Assembly: GCA_051599415.1 (NCBI GenBank)
Contig: AP039695.1
Location: forward strand, 1-64,000
Reading direction: 5' to 3'
DNA: 64,000 bases
Source: Savitreella phatthalungensis
Lineage: Eukaryota
Positions 1 through 9,627 of this stretch are shown here, one piece after another. The position numbers and the translations under genes were made by a program. The stretch's first letter is position 1, and the number at the start of each line of letters is the position of its first letter. The notes under the pieces are model-generated. The model saw only the letters and a list, made by a program, of their open reading frames with translations, had not been told where the DNA came from and did no database searches.

Positions 1-96
1 TTCGTCTGAACCGGTGTTGTCGGGTGCCTCGCTTCCGGTCAAGTCGTACTCGCTGCTGTCTCTTGTGACAGTGCACATCTGCCTTGCTAAGACTAC

Positions 97-143
97 TTAC
101 GTATTGCTAAGGTTAAGACTACTTTCTGCCTTTGCGAGAACAG
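97..143 (+). other. Untrimmed Oxford Nanopore adapter end + native barcode (NB06-type); technical artefact
   Basis: TTACGTATTGCT (97-108, 3' end of ONT ligation adapter), AAGGTTAA flank (109-116), GACTACTTTCTGCCTTTGCGAGAA (117-140, recognised as native barcode 06), then CAG (start of the CAGCACCT flank). Bases 1-96 are probably adapter or basecalling noise. Confidence 0.93.
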
Positions 144-268
144 AACCCTAACCCTAACCCTAACCCTAACCCTAACCCTAACCCTAACCCTAACCCTAAC
201 CCTAACCCTAACCCTAACCCTAACCCTAACCCTAACCCTAACCCTAACCCTAACCCTAACCCTAACCC
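144..268 (+). repeat. Telomeric repeat (CCCTAA)n, about 21 units, left-end orientation
   Basis: Perfect AACCCT tandem array directly visible, with the C-rich strand on +, as expected at a left chromosome end. Confidence 0.99.
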
Positions 269-699
269 CAAAAAAAAATGACTCTGTCTCTGCTTGTTGT
301 AAACACCACCTGCTTGGCTTTGATCCTACCCTGTTGCCTGCATACTCATTCCTCTGCCTGTAATTGGCACTGGCGCCTGTTGTGCAACATCAATTAACTG
401 CAATTGACTGCAATGTCACATGGCATGCACTGTTTCCTCCACTGTTGCTTATCCAATCCATTGCTGGCGCTATGCTGTGCCCTTTCCTCCACAACTGACT
501 TCAATTCACTCTCACTTGCTCCTCTTGTATGTCTTGTGCACTGTCGCATGTACTTGCCACTGTCATGCACTGTAATCTGTCCACTACGTTGTGGCTGTGC
601 GTGTCTGTGCTCCTTGTATGCCTCATTCTACTATCTAGTCTGTGTTTTATTGACTGTGATGGCTGTTACGGCTACCACACTGACTACTTCTGACATTCC

Positions 700-870
700 C
701 TTCACTCCTTCTAATACTGCCACTACAGCTACTGCTGCATTCACTGCTGGTGCCGTTACTACTGCTGCATTCATTACTGCTGCTGTTACTACTGCTGTTC
801 CTACTGCTGCCACTGCTTGCTGCTACTGCTGCTACTACCATGACCACCACTGCTGCTGCTACCGCTGCTG
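700..870. repeat. Degenerate (CTG/CTA)-rich low-complexity tract with a 30-bp imperfect tandem duplication
   Basis: actgctgcattcactgctggtgccgttact (731-760) versus actgctgcattcattactgctgctgttact (761-790), flanked by ctg/cta runs. Confidence 0.8.
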
Positions 871-952
871 GCGGGCATACTATATTTTGTTGAGCGCTGC
901 AGTCTGGCCCTGCAGTCTGGGATGCAATCAGGTCAGAATTTGCTGTGTGCTG

Positions 953-1055
953 CAATTTAGTTTTCCAGTTTGGTTTTGCAGTTTTGTTCTTGCAGTTTGG
1001 TTTTACAGTTTGGTTTTACAGTTTGGTTTACAGTTTGGTTTTACAGTTTGGTTCG
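953..1055. repeat. Subtelomeric 13-bp tandem repeat, consensus CAGTTTGGTTTTA, about 8 units
   Basis: Units start at 953, 966, 979, 993, 1006, 1019, 1031 and 1044. Confidence 0.92.
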
Positions 1056-1844
1056 TCCCTAACTGTTGACTTACAGTCAGGGATGCCATGCAGTGTTTCA
1101 TCCCTAGCTTCATGGCTATAATTGGGCGCTGCTGAAAACAGTTTGGGATTTTTGCAAACGGAAGATATACAGCCTGCACTGCGCTAACACTTGCCAAATA
1201 CTATGATGGGTGATGTCAAAGGCTGTCGCCTGCATTGCCATCTGTTTCAACCTCATGCCCTGTGTCGTCAAACGCTCTCCCTTGTAATGTCACCTGTCTC
1301 ATCTTCTACTGCACTATCGTATGCCATGCATTTCTGTCATTGACACTGTCATCTGTTTCATTCTCACCCGCACAGCCATCTGCCGTGCTTTGTTACCGGC
1401 CTGCCATGTATCACTTTCTCAACCATCACAACTTGACAGTGCCCTACCACTGGTCAAGCACTGCATCACTTCCAACAATTGAATGTTGTTTGCTTGCCGC
1501 TCAGCCACATTGTTGTCCGCACTGTCATACCTCTGCCTGCTGCTGCCTGTCTTCCAATATTGATCAGTCGCAGCACAGGAAAGCAAAGACAGGTTCTAGA
1601 CAGCAACCCTCAACTGCTGTGCTTATTTCGCCTCCTTTCTTTGTTTGACAATATTGTCGGTGAACTGCGATTTCAATTTTCAGGTGTGATTCTGGTAGCG
1701 AAAAACGAACGTTAGATCGACAAATTGATCGGGACTGCTCAAAGCTCGCGTTGACAAACGACAGAGTTCTTGAGGATACGAATCTGTTCAGCCGGCTGTA
1801 TCGGGCGATGTAGACAGAGGATCAGGTCATTCAACGAGAGCAAG

Positions 1845-2519
1845 ATGGATTCACATCTGAAACGACGGATCGATTTGAGGCGAAATCCGTCATCTGAATC
1901 CCTCCTGCGCGGTCGAGCCTTCAAGCAACTTCGACTGAGCCAGGCTGAGGACGAGGAAGCACAGGATGTCCAGATGGGCGAAGGTATGGCGATCTTTCAG
2001 CAGCTCCCGCGACGGATAGTCTTGCAAGAGAAAGGAGAACCGCAACGCGAAATGGCAAGTGAGATGGCAGCTGCCTGTCGTACTGGTGACGAGGATCGAG
2101 TGCGATGGTTGCTTGAGCGCTGTGGGTTCGATCCCAACTCAATCGTGGAGGCCGTTCAGCCCGCACCTGCAGCTGGTCAACATGCGCATCGCTGGACGGC
2201 GCTTTTGACGGCGTGTCGTTACAAGCAAAGCGGTGCAGCGCGCATCCTGCTCGCATACGGTGCCGATCCGAATTGTCGAAGCGGAAGTTCGACTCCGTTT
2301 CGCGAGCTCCTTAACGGCCTGTGGCTTCGCAATTTGCCTTCGGAGGAAATGGTTATCGACCTGCTGGAGGCAGGGGCGGATCCACTCGACGGGCTCTATA
2401 GACACTCGATGAGACTCTCAGATGTGTTGTTGGACTACAAGCAGGCCTTTCCGCGAGCGCTCGAGCGGCTGCTCGAAGTCGAGGAACTGTCGGCACAGAG
2501 GCGCGGCTGGACGAAATGA
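1845..2519 (+). CDS. Ankyrin-repeat protein
   Basis: Ankyrin-like units AAACRTGDEDRVRWLLERCGFDPN and WTALLTACRYKQSGAARILLAYGADPN, plus DLLEAGADP. First ATG at 1845. Confidence 0.8.
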   Translation: MDSHLKRRIDLRRNPSSESLLRGRAFKQLRLSQAEDEEAQDVQMGEGMAIFQQLPRRIVLQEKGEPQREMASEMAAACRTGDEDRVRWLLERCGFDPNSIVEAVQPAPAAGQHAHRWTALLTACRYKQSGAARILLAYGADPNCRSGSSTPFRELLNGLWLRNLPSEEMVIDLLEAGADPLDGLYRHSMRLSDVLLDYKQAFPRALERLLEVEELSAQRRGWTK

Positions 2520-2543
2520 AATTGCGCCGCCCAGCGTTGCAAA

Positions 2544-5006
2544 TCAATCACATAGACAGTCGCCGATCTGAATTCTGCACCTTGAATGCGCAGCAAGCGT
2601 GCATCTTAGGCAGTAGGTCGCCTCACCACGAACGACGGTCTCGCAGACCACGCAAATGACGGAACTCTGACAGCGCGGGCAATGCCAGTATCCTTCAGCC
2701 TGGACAGTCGCCTTGTTGCAGTGGCGACAAGTCAATTGGATCGCAAGGTCGCCGCCGAAACGAGACTGGAGCGATTCGCTATCGCTCACGGAGACGAGTT
2801 CTGCCGCGGCGACATAAAGCTTAGCTCGATGAAGCATATCTGCGTATGCATGCAAGACCTGATCGCGAGCACTTGTCGAGATTGTGTTGACATCGAGAAT
2901 GTCTTTCAGCACCAGCCACATGACAGAGGCCGTCTGCGGATCGCAGACGTCTCGAAAGTGCGAGTAGAAGCGTTGGAAAAGCTGACCGACGTCCCAAGGA
3001 GACACTCTATGAGTACTACTGGTTCCTGCCCGATCGAGCTCTTGCGGGCCTTCAGGAGCCTTGTCATGTTTCACGGTCAAGGCACTCTCGATTAGAGGTG
3101 ACGACTGCACAGGCATGACAAGGTCGTTTTCCGGCGATGAGATGACGTCGTCCCAGGTGTTCACGCCGTAGTAAGATCCATACGAATTGGAGTCTGCGAC
3201 AGAGCTGAGGCTAGAGTCGCGGCGCAAGGTTTGAGTGGGTGATTTTGCGCTGTCCGCGTCTGACGAGGAGTCGCTGCTCGGCGCATGACTTTGTCGTTTC
3301 GTGGCGCTCGGGGGCCGCGACGGCACCTGGTATCGTGGCATGATCAGAGTAGGCGTATTGGGACGCAGCGTCGGTGCTGCGCTCAGTATGGTCGCTTTAG
3401 CAACCACGGCTGGTTTCGTCGGGTCAACTCTGGCAGATATGTGCCTCTTGCGCTGTGCGAGCGCAAGCGACAGTAGACGCCAGCAACGAGCGGTGTGGGC
3501 TCTTCCACACTCCAGGGCAACTTGAGCATTATGCGCGCAAGCTGTCTCGCCTTCAATTCTGTAATTCGCAGCCATGAAATGGAAGACCTCACGCTCGTGG
3601 TCCATGGGAGCGACGACCGCCTGCATCTGCACTGGCCGGAATGGCTGTGCAAGTGGTTCGAAATTGCTCGGGATTTGCACGTCGACAAGATTGTCGCGAG
3701 ACCGACGAGGCTCGTCATGTAGCATAGCGGCCACTTGGCGTTGTCTGTACTTGTCCGAGACAGCGCTTCCAATCGCCACAGCAAGCTCACCGTCGAGCGA
3801 CCAGTCCAATGCGCTGTGGGCTATTGCATCTATTGGCTGAGATTCTAGACTGAGAGCGTGCTGCTGGAATGACCGATCTTTTGAGCACGACCAGAGAGTC
3901 TCTTCGTCCCTCCAGAGCAACCCTGTAACAGGGCCGTCATGGTCCTCGATCACCCGATTCGGTATGTAAGGACGACGCAAATTCCAAATATTGATGGTGT
4001 TGTCGAGAGAGAGAGAGCAGCTAGCGATGTCCCAATGTTGTCTACTGTCGCCTGCGCGCCACGCCACACGAGAGACCGGGGCCATAGTGCAGATATAGTG
4101 GATCGGACGACGGAGCTCACCTTTTGAATCCCAGAGCTTGATGACCTTGTCACGACCGCCTGTTGCGATGTGCCTACCGTCTGCGTGCCAGTCCACGGTC
4201 AAAGCAGGTCCATTGTGAGCATTCACTTTGGCGTCGAAGGAATTCGGCCTGCGCAAGTCCCAACGCTGCAACATCCCATTATCAAATACCGCTGCGAGCT
4301 CCAGGGCATTTGCTGCATTAAATTGTACGTCGCGCACAGCTTCTGCCCTGCCGACAAGACTGAAGCGTGCTGCGCTGGCACGCTCGCGCAGATCCCACAA
4401 TCGCATGTTGCCGTCCTGTGAGGCTGTCAAGAGCCAGCTGCCGTTGCCCGGATTGAAGACAAGTCTGTTGATAGCTCTCCCATGCCCAGAGATCGTTGAT
4501 CGTCGTGTTACATTCGTACTGAGCCGTTCGACGTCCCAGGTAACAACTGTACCATTCGAATGGGCTGTCGCGAGCAAGCCGCTCGTCGGCCCGAGACCCC
4601 AGCGAACGTCATTCGTGGTACTGGTCGTCTGCTGCTTGCGACCTTCTGTCATATCGCGAAGGTCACATATCTCTGCAACTTGATTCGCTCCCACATCCAA
4701 AATCTTGAGCAGCTCCCGACCCGCAATGGCAACATGAGCACTAGTACTGGAGGCGGAGAAGGCATTGAGCGCAGCGCCGGCGTCGTGCCGAAGTTTCGCG
4801 ATCGCAATGCCTGCACCCGGTGTCGTTGGCGTTCGCTGCCCGTCAGAGATGCTCTCCGTCGCGTGCCTGCCATTGTGAGCAAAATGAGTAAGCGAGGAAG
4901 CAGCCGAGTCGACCACTGTCGCTGGTCGAGCTAGCAAACCACGAGCATATCTACTAAATGAGACAGACGGCTGTCTAGTATTGACCGACGCAGTCCTGTC
5001 AGTCAT
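2544..5006 (-). CDS. RTC1: SEACAT/GATOR2 subunit Rtc1/Sea2 (WDR24 orthologue)
   Basis: N-terminal WD40 repeats (GHGRAINRL..LLTASQDG, AHNGPALTVDWH..IATGGRDK, IWNLRRPYIP), the CAHNA motif, and a C-terminal Cys/His zinc/RING region. Confidence 0.88.
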   Translation of the reverse strand: MTDRTASVNTRQPSVSFSRYARGLLARPATVVDSAASSLTHFAHNGRHATESISDGQRTPTTPGAGIAIAKLRHDAGAALNAFSASSTSAHVAIAGRELLKILDVGANQVAEICDLRDMTEGRKQQTTSTTNDVRWGLGPTSGLLATAHSNGTVVTWDVERLSTNVTRRSTISGHGRAINRLVFNPGNGSWLLTASQDGNMRLWDLRERASAARFSLVGRAEAVRDVQFNAANALELAAVFDNGMLQRWDLRRPNSFDAKVNAHNGPALTVDWHADGRHIATGGRDKVIKLWDSKGELRRPIHYICTMAPVSRVAWRAGDSRQHWDIASCSLSLDNTINIWNLRRPYIPNRVIEDHDGPVTGLLWRDEETLWSCSKDRSFQQHALSLESQPIDAIAHSALDWSLDGELAVAIGSAVSDKYRQRQVAAMLHDEPRRSRDNLVDVQIPSNFEPLAQPFRPVQMQAVVAPMDHEREVFHFMAANYRIEGETACAHNAQVALECGRAHTARCWRLLSLALAQRKRHISARVDPTKPAVVAKATILSAAPTLRPNTPTLIMPRYQVPSRPPSATKRQSHAPSSDSSSDADSAKSPTQTLRRDSSLSSVADSNSYGSYYGVNTWDDVISSPENDLVMPVQSSPLIESALTVKHDKAPEGPQELDRAGTSSTHRVSPWDVGQLFQRFYSHFRDVCDPQTASVMWLVLKDILDVNTISTSARDQVLHAYADMLHRAKLYVAAAELVSVSDSESLQSRFGGDLAIQLTCRHCNKATVQAEGYWHCPRCQSSVICVVCETVVRGEATYCLRCTLAAHSRCRIQIGDCLCD

Positions 5007-5428
5007 TACATCGAGTCGTGATTGTCCCTATCCTGTACGGCTGACACGATGTGCTTCGCTTTCCGAACACAGTGTGCTCACAATAAGTCGAGCCCTAAAG
5101 GGCAACTGCTTACAGATGTGCGGTCATGATGTCCTCGCAGAGTCCATCGGTAAGGCAGTCGTAGTTTACAGGTAACCACGCCTACAGCGCGTAACGAGGC
5201 ATCCATCTTTTACACGCCGGCTCCTCTCTAATTTTGCCGTTCCGTGGGCGATGAAGAGGCTGTAGGTTTAGTTATGATCTGGGTCATTTATGATCGGTTG
5301 CGCTCGATCAATTGATCAATCTATCAATCGCGCGACATAGCGGTCGAATTCATTAGTGACTCCGGCGGTTGTGCAAGTACGAGCTCACCGGTCGGCTTCA
5401 TCATCTCTAGAGATCGCGCTCGCCCGTG

Positions 5429-6052
5429 ATGAGCTCGCCAAAGCGACGGTAGGGCTTCATCTTCGTGGGCGCCATCTGCGCTCGTGTAGCGACGCTTTTA
5501 CTGACGAGACGCAGTATCGAGACTGATGTAATGAAAATGCTAATGTCAGATTACGAGGTCACTCTCGTCAATGACAACATGCAGGAGTTCTACGTGCGAT
5601 TCCATGGTCCGTCAGAGACTCCATTTGACCAAGGGATCTGGAAAGTGCATGTGGAGCTGCCAGACCAGTACCCATACAAATCTCCTTCAATAGGCTTCAT
5701 GAACCGGATTTTTCACCCAAATATCGACGAGCTCTCCGGCAGCGTGTGCCTTGATGTCATCAATCAGACGTGGTCACCTATGTTCGACATGATCAACATA
5801 TTCGAAGTCTTCCTACCACAACTTTTGCGCTACCCAAATCCTGCGGACCCGCTCAATGGCGAGGCCGCTGCTCTCCTCATGCGCGAGCCTAAAGCTTACG
5901 ATGCTAAGGTGCGCGAGTACGTGCAGCGTTACGCGACCAGGGAGGCCATTGACGCTCAATCTGACGGAGATGATTCCGAAGATGAGTCAATGTCCTCTGT
6001 CGGATCCTATAGTGACGAAGAGGATGGCGCGGCGGGCCGGATGGACATATAG
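5429..6052 (+). CDS. UBC8: Ubiquitin-conjugating enzyme E2 Ubc8/UBE2H; exons 5429-5448, 5515-6052
   Basis: The spliced start MSSPKRRIETDVMK is restored by a GTAGGG..ACTGAC..CAG intron at 5449-5514. Active-site FHPNID..SVCLDVI and an acidic tail are present. Confidence 0.95.
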
Positions 6053-6103
6053 TTAGGGCAGCTGACAGACTTTGATGAGCAACGTAAGAACCATGACAAT
6101 CAT

Positions 6104-7306
6104 TCATCGTAACCAATTGGCTGTATAGGCCCTCATCTTCGAGATATAAGCAGCGGATCGAACTTTGGACGTGGCAAGCCGTGACCATAATTCAATCCAG
6201 AGGGTCACGCAACGAATCCAGTCTTCCGAGGGACGAATATCGGGCTCTAGGAGGATTTTGAGCTTCGGGCGTAGGACAATTCGTAGGTCAACAGCTCTGG
6301 TGGTGTCGCCGAGGCCTCGTAGGAGGCGATCGAAAACCATTGATCCCGGAGGACCGCAAATCGCTTCGATGAGCGAGGATATGTCCTCTGCAGCCTTCTC
6401 GTAAGCATATAGGTACTGAACGGAATCAATGGCGTCGGTGTGACTGAGCCCATCGAGCGCTAGTTGATACACAAGTTGGTCACGGAGCAATTTTGGTACA
6501 GCCTTCAGAAGTGTCATCTCGACGTCGGATCGCACACTTTCGCAAGAGGCAGATTCCAGCGGCCCGTTCGACTCTTGGGCCGTCACCAAAGGGAAGAAAT
6601 TATCGCTGCCATCTGTGTACGGCGCGATGACAGCGTCCGTGTCCATCTCACAGGATGTTTGCTCCTCCTCAGTCGCCATGCCGTTCCCGAGCGCTTTCAG
6701 ACCCCGAACCTCGTGCATCACTTGTTCAGCGTTGAGCGAGTCATCGTAACGACGTACACGGATATCGTGGATCAGAGCTTTCGCCCCAAGATTCATATCA
6801 TCCGACAGAAGCAGGCAGGGCAAGCCCAACTGCTCCTGGAAAAAGGTGCAACAGTCCAGGATTGCGTCGTCACCGTGAAGCGAGCGCCCAGATTCGATGC
6901 TCTCACTCTTCCTCTGCCCTCGAATGAGTCCAGCTTGTAATGACTGGACAAGCCATCGTGTCGCGCGTCTAGCCCTGCTAGCGACGTCGGCGGACTTGGA
7001 ACTCTTTAATCCGTCCAGCTCAGTGACCACAATCCACGGTACTGTAACCTGACAGATATTTTGGTAAGCTGGGTTCGCCAATTCTTTGACGGTCTGAAGA
7101 CGGGAGATGAGGAAGTTTGTGTCAGTCACGACGATTGCCTTACGCCAGCGTATAGGGTTTGACCCTGAAGCACTCGCGCGCGATACGAGCCGCTGAACCT
7201 GGGAGACCGATGTGGTCTCAGGATCGATGTCATAGGGCGATGGATTTTCGACATCCGATTGTGTAGCATCGAGCATGTCGACGTCTACATCCGCATCATG
7301 ATTCAT
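6104..7306 (-). CDS. PIN-domain endoribonuclease, Swt1-like
   Basis: PIN motifs VVTDTNFLI, VPWIVVTELDGLK, GDDAILDCC and LLSDDMNL. Confidence 0.82.
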   Translation of the reverse strand: MNHDADVDVDMLDATQSDVENPSPYDIDPETTSVSQVQRLVSRASASGSNPIRWRKAIVVTDTNFLISRLQTVKELANPAYQNICQVTVPWIVVTELDGLKSSKSADVASRARRATRWLVQSLQAGLIRGQRKSESIESGRSLHGDDAILDCCTFFQEQLGLPCLLLSDDMNLGAKALIHDIRVRRYDDSLNAEQVMHEVRGLKALGNGMATEEEQTSCEMDTDAVIAPYTDGSDNFFPLVTAQESNGPLESASCESVRSDVEMTLLKAVPKLLRDQLVYQLALDGLSHTDAIDSVQYLYAYEKAAEDISSLIEAICGPPGSMVFDRLLRGLGDTTRAVDLRIVLRPKLKILLEPDIRPSEDWIRCVTLWIELWSRLATSKVRSAAYISKMRAYTANWLR

Positions 7307-7460
7307 CGCGCAAACGCATCAGCGTGAATCAGATTACATCGATCATATACATCGCTTCTACAGTCTTTCATAAATCGCGGTGCAAAACAGGCATTGCGGA
7401 GGACGTGAAGCTAGGGCAGAAGTACAGTGTTTGGTCCGGCCGTTAGGGTCTTCGATTGTG

Positions 7461-7757
7461 TCAGCGAAGTTTCTTCTTGTCGTTCTTCTTGATCTCTGAA
7501 TCTCGCTCAATCTTGCCGTCTGTCTCCTCCTTCGCGAGAATACGCAGCTTTGCGCCAGCGTTCCCTGCCATAGCTGCCAGTCTACGCTCTATTGCTGTGT
7601 TAGAGGATTTGGAATGCTTCTTGACCCGCGTCGCATCTTGCACGGCACGCGCTTTCTTTGGCGCTGCCACACGCGACCCACGCTTGACCTGGGACACTGC
7701 CGTTTTCGAAGCCGCTGCTGTTGTAGATTTTTTTAACCTTACGCCTCCTTGCGCCAT
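7461..7757 (-). CDS. Small basic protein, DUF2462/UPF0390-like
   Basis: MAQG start, Lys-rich, and the APKK..KK..IERRLAAMAG pattern typical of the family. Confidence 0.7.
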   Translation of the reverse strand: MAQGGVRLKKSTTAAASKTAVSQVKRGSRVAAPKKARAVQDATRVKKHSKSSNTAIERRLAAMAGNAGAKLRILAKEETDGKIERDSEIKKNDKKKLR

Positions 7758-7960
7758 GGCAGGCACGATACTCGCTCTGATTGAATCGTCAGCACGTCTC
7801 CTGCGGACTGAGAGGCACCTGGTTCCTGTATGCAAGTAGCTTCCGGGTTGCTACGCTTATCACATGCATCTAGCTAATATGCATATCCTTCTACCAAATG
7901 CTCGCGCGCATACATCTATTATACATAATTTCGGGATCGGCCACAGGTCACTGTGATGTC

Positions 7961-8569
7961 ATGGTGAAGCGCAAAGCAATAGTTTCTGGGTTTGCAGAGC
8001 GTAAGCGCAAGCGGGAGTCTCACCTGTATACGGACGACAATCCGCAGACTACTCTCCATGGGACAGGCTTCAAGAATAAACAGGCAGCGGAGCGTACGTT
8101 GGAGCTCGTACAGAGGCGCAGCTTGACATATCAATGTCAGACCATAAACACGATGCTGCATCGGGCTAAGGGACACCCGCATCCAACTGCAGCCATGCAG
8201 GATGCCATCGAGATCTTTCAGAATTGGATGGATAATTACAAGGCGAGGAGAGCCAAATTGCCCAAGCACTCGCTGATGTCAAAAGCAAAGGTAGAGCGAT
8301 ACCTCAAGTTGGCAGAGGAGCGAAATGAGGATCGCGAACAGCCTATCGACACAGCTTGGGCTGAGAAATATGTTAATCTGGGTAAAGGCAAGCGTCTGGC
8401 GAACACATTGATGGACGATAATCGCCCAGACGGCGATGACCTTGAATCATATCGGCAAAAGCGGCTGGACGCGATGCATTTAAAGACGTCAGCAGGAACG
8501 ATTGAAGCCCAGATCACAGATGAGCTGCTGAGCATGATCATGCTGGGGTATTGTCCAGTTAACCTCTAG
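7961..8569 (+). CDS. Uncharacterised protein (LYTDDNP..TLHGTGFK motif)
   Basis: Open frame of about 200 aa with a globular-looking N-terminal block. Start may be 7898 or 7961. Function unknown. Confidence 0.7.
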   Translation: MVKRKAIVSGFAERKRKRESHLYTDDNPQTTLHGTGFKNKQAAERTLELVQRRSLTYQCQTINTMLHRAKGHPHPTAAMQDAIEIFQNWMDNYKARRAKLPKHSLMSKAKVERYLKLAEERNEDREQPIDTAWAEKYVNLGKGKRLANTLMDDNRPDGDDLESYRQKRLDAMHLKTSAGTIEAQITDELLSMIMLGYCPVNL

Positions 8570-9627
8570 GCAGTACCTGACGCGCTGGGTACAACATCTT
8601 CGGCTGCATTAGAGCGTTCCTCGGGCGTCAGACTTACTTTCTTTGCCCCAATATCCTTATAGGACACAGGGACCTGCTCCCAGCCGATGCGATCGTGAAG
8701 CACTTGATTGCTCGCGAAGCAGAGCGTTGTGCGCTGTGTCTGTGCAGGCATTACCTTCATAGCCAAATTGTACATGCTACCCCAAAACTGACCGAGATTG
8801 ACAACGAGCGCTTGATGTCCTTGCTCGGGGTAATTCTGTGAGGTGACCTGTTGAGATGCCTCGATCATGGCCTGAGCAGTCTTATATATACTCGAGCTCT
8901 GCCAAATGGATAAACGACGGCAGTCGATCACCCAGGTCACTCCGATGCGAGGATTGCTGCATTCGATGTCAGACGCAGCCACAGCGTCTGCATCTTCGCT
9001 CTGCGGGGTCCTATGAGCTTCACTCCTAGCGATGACCGGCGGCGGGTTCAAGCGCGGCTCACGGAAGCGCAGCGTGTGTTCGTTGTTGACGATCCGGCGC
9101 AACGTCATGTCACGTAACAGTTCTGGTCTGTGGCCACTTGGCAGCATTTCATAGTGCACGGGATATCCATCACGGTCACAACCGTAGAACTGCTGTGGAA
9201 ACCAGCTCTGAAGCTCGATCTCAGCTTCCGGACTGGTTTTGTAGTTGTTGTACAAGTCGTCGATATCCTTGAAAGACCATCGTTTCCAAAACTCACCCTG
9301 GCCTGAACGCCAAGCCTGAGAGGCCTTGACTCGCTCGAGGCTGTGCCGCATGATATCATCGAGATCGACTCGATTCTTTTTGGTCGCTTCGTCACGCCAT
9401 TCTGCTAGAAGGAAGCGCAGGATGAAATTCGGATGCCTTTGGAAGTCTTCAAGCGCACGAGAAAAGGTTGACTGCTCAAGCTTGTCACTGAACTGAATCA
9501 GAGCGTTGGGGAATTGTTGAACAAACTGTTGCGCACGAGTATGAGTAGCACTTTTTGGCAGGCTGACTATGTCCTCCTGAACCTTGCGATACCAAGCGGC
9601 ATAGTCTGTCGCCTTGTATGCCACCAT
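8566..9627 (-). CDS. CRAL-TRIO/Sec14-family lipid-binding protein
   Basis: ILRFLLA (CRAL-TRIO N), FYGCDRDGYPVHYE, WVID and QNYPE..VVN motifs. Confidence 0.82.
   Translation of the reverse strand: MVAYKATDYAAWYRKVQEDIVSLPKSATHTRAQQFVQQFPNALIQFSDKLEQSTFSRALEDFQRHPNFILRFLLAEWRDEATKKNRVDLDDIMRHSLERVKASQAWRSGQGEFWKRWSFKDIDDLYNNYKTSPEAEIELQSWFPQQFYGCDRDGYPVHYEMLPSGHRPELLRDMTLRRIVNNEHTLRFREPRLNPPPVIARSEAHRTPQSEDADAVAASDIECSNPRIGVTWVIDCRRLSIWQSSSIYKTAQAMIEASQQVTSQNYPEQGHQALVVNLGQFWGSMYNLAMKVMPAQTQRTTLCFASNQVLHDRIGWEQVPVSYKDIGAKKVSLTPEERSNAAEDVVPSASGTA

Larger units (their letters stand above)
270..1061. mobile_element. Putative decayed hAT-like DNA transposon relic (one end only, truncated by telomere)
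   Basis: The minus strand begins TAGGGACGAAC (1061-1051), which resembles the Ac/hAT TIR TAGGGATGAAA, and continues straight into tandem AAACCAAACTG-type subterminal repeats. The region is CpG-depleted. No transposase is recognisable. Confidence 0.35.

Noticed and set aside
1..268. Interstitial telomere or end-to-end fusion
   Set aside because: The distal sequence matches a nanopore adapter and barcode.
404..1648. ORFs 404-1069 and 1235-1648 (Cys/Thr/Ala-rich)
   Set aside because: They start at TTG, and their composition is explained by CTG/TG-rich decayed repeat DNA. No domain is recognisable.
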